From assembly GCF_040938485.1 (NCBI RefSeq), contig NW_027271721.1, positions 744,001 through 808,000 on the forward strand: DNA of 64,000 nucleotides, given 5' to 3'. Made by a program: the position numbers and the translations under genes. The notes beneath the pieces were generated by a model that saw nothing but the letters and a program-made list of their open reading frames with translations, was not told the origin of the DNA and did not search any database. Below are positions 62,526 through 64,000 of the stretch, piece after piece (the first letter of the stretch is position 1; every line of letters begins with the position of its first letter). This stretch comes from Diadema antillarum. Its lineage: Eukaryota.

Positions 62526-64000
62526 GTAAATGATGTTAACCGCCTCAGTTAACCTTCCGCTGCATGATGATTTTGTAATACGCATGGTCATGCTTTGGTC
62601 ATCCTATCTCTCAGTTCACTCCTCTTGGAGGCCCAAAGCTCACTGGCATAGGAGATCTTATGCAGAGCATCTGGGCCCCAAAGAGAATATTACGCAAAAT
62701 ATCATTTTGTTGTTGAATTTTAGTTGAACTCACATATCCTGATTTCATTGAATTAATTCATTTATTACTCGTGACAATACACTCATGCAATATCTTGTGG
62801 AGATGACAACACAGTATTCAAAGATTATTTTGCTCACCTGCTCAGAAGAATCTCATATTTACTGCAGTATATACTGTAGCCCGATCTGTAGTGAATATGA
62901 GACTAAACATTTAATTTTAATAAACTTATTAACAAGAACTGTAGAGTCATAGAATCAAAAATGGGAGGTGCAATTGTACAATTTGACAACCATGTGTCGT
63001 TGCTCTAACATCGTAAGCTCTTGTCCCCCCCCCCCCTTTTTTTTAAATGAATGTGAAATATTTTGTGAGCGTTGGGTTTGTTGGATTTTTTTTCAACACA
63101 TATTAAACACCACCACTTATCAAGACACAAGGATATATTTCTTACAGATGACAGCTCTATGTAGTTTACAGAAGTCACATGTGATTGTTTCATAGTTTCT
63201 CATGGACTATCTCAAGCTCAAAGCCATTCCGTGTTCATTTTGGCTGTAGAAGATATGGGGAAAACCAACGAATAGAATGTTATAAGCTGGCATAGAATCA
63301 GACTACAATATAGGAAAGTTATGGAATTTCAAAGTTTAACAGTACATGCCCACCATGAAACTTGCACTTTTATGCTAATCTGATCTTATTTTCGAGTCAC
63401 CGTGAAGATGGAATGGCGAATATTGAAATGTTTTATTTTCTCTTTGTTTCATGGACAATGTGAAAAAAAGTGTAAAATTGTTATTCGCTGATTCAGACCT
63501 GTTGCTGCCCTCAATATCCATATTTAGATGTGTGGCCATGAATTTTATTTGCTGAATAAATGTTGTCTTTCTTGTGATTTTATTTGCTATCCCATGCTGA
63601 CATTTCATACGCTGCCATGTTGTAATTGTGCCAATATTGTTAACAGTGCCAACATTAGACTGTATTCCTATCATTCTTAACTCAGAGAAAGTGACAGAAT
63701 TTGTTTCAGTGCAGTAAGTATTAGTTCAGCCACCACAGCTTTCTTAAAAATAAGAATAGTTGAAATTTGATCAAAAGAACAACATCTTTTTACTTGCAAC
63801 AATCTTTGAAATATCCCTAATCTTGATTTTGATGCAATATACAAGTAACTGCAGTTCATGCAATGCAGACAAACAAAAAGACAGTGAATGTCACAGAAAT
63901 TGTTCAATGATGTTGAATTCAAGATTTTAAGTTCAAGTTTTATATTTTGTGGTAATAAACAGATGGATTACCAAAACAGATTTCTGAATTTGTCGTTTTT

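Overview
Eukaryotic (metazoan) genomic DNA, AT-rich and intron-rich; an invertebrate deuterostome such as a sea urchin is likely, but this is inferred only from gene similarity, repeat types and composition. Three conserved spliced genes can be reconstructed with consistent splice phases. MESD (LRP5/6 ER chaperone) is on the minus strand with 3 exons and 254 aa, ending in KTEL. INO80D (zf-C3Hc3H protein) is on the minus strand with 9 coding exons and 1035 aa, and contains a textbook U12-type intron. The 5' part of WDR37 is on the plus strand, head-to-head with INO80D, and runs off the window. Between MESD and INO80D lie an orphan THAP-domain first exon, a degenerate tandem array, a 266-N assembly gap and a second orphan CpG-rich promoter-like patch. 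Introns and UTRs carry an internally deleted DIRS retrotransposon with both ITRs, an L2-type LINE 3' end, a tRNA-derived CORE-like SINE, and many MITEs (Kolobok-, PIF/Harbinger-, Tc1/pogo- and piggyBac-like), one nested inside an older relative. I found no CRISPR, rRNA or tRNA gene and cannot claim a wholly new system. The best leads are the orphan THAP exon, a duplicated INO80D exon end that could act as an in-frame alternative first coding exon, the U12 intron, a stop-start uORF on the INO80D start codon, and a MITE holding the first canonical poly(A) signal downstream of MESD.
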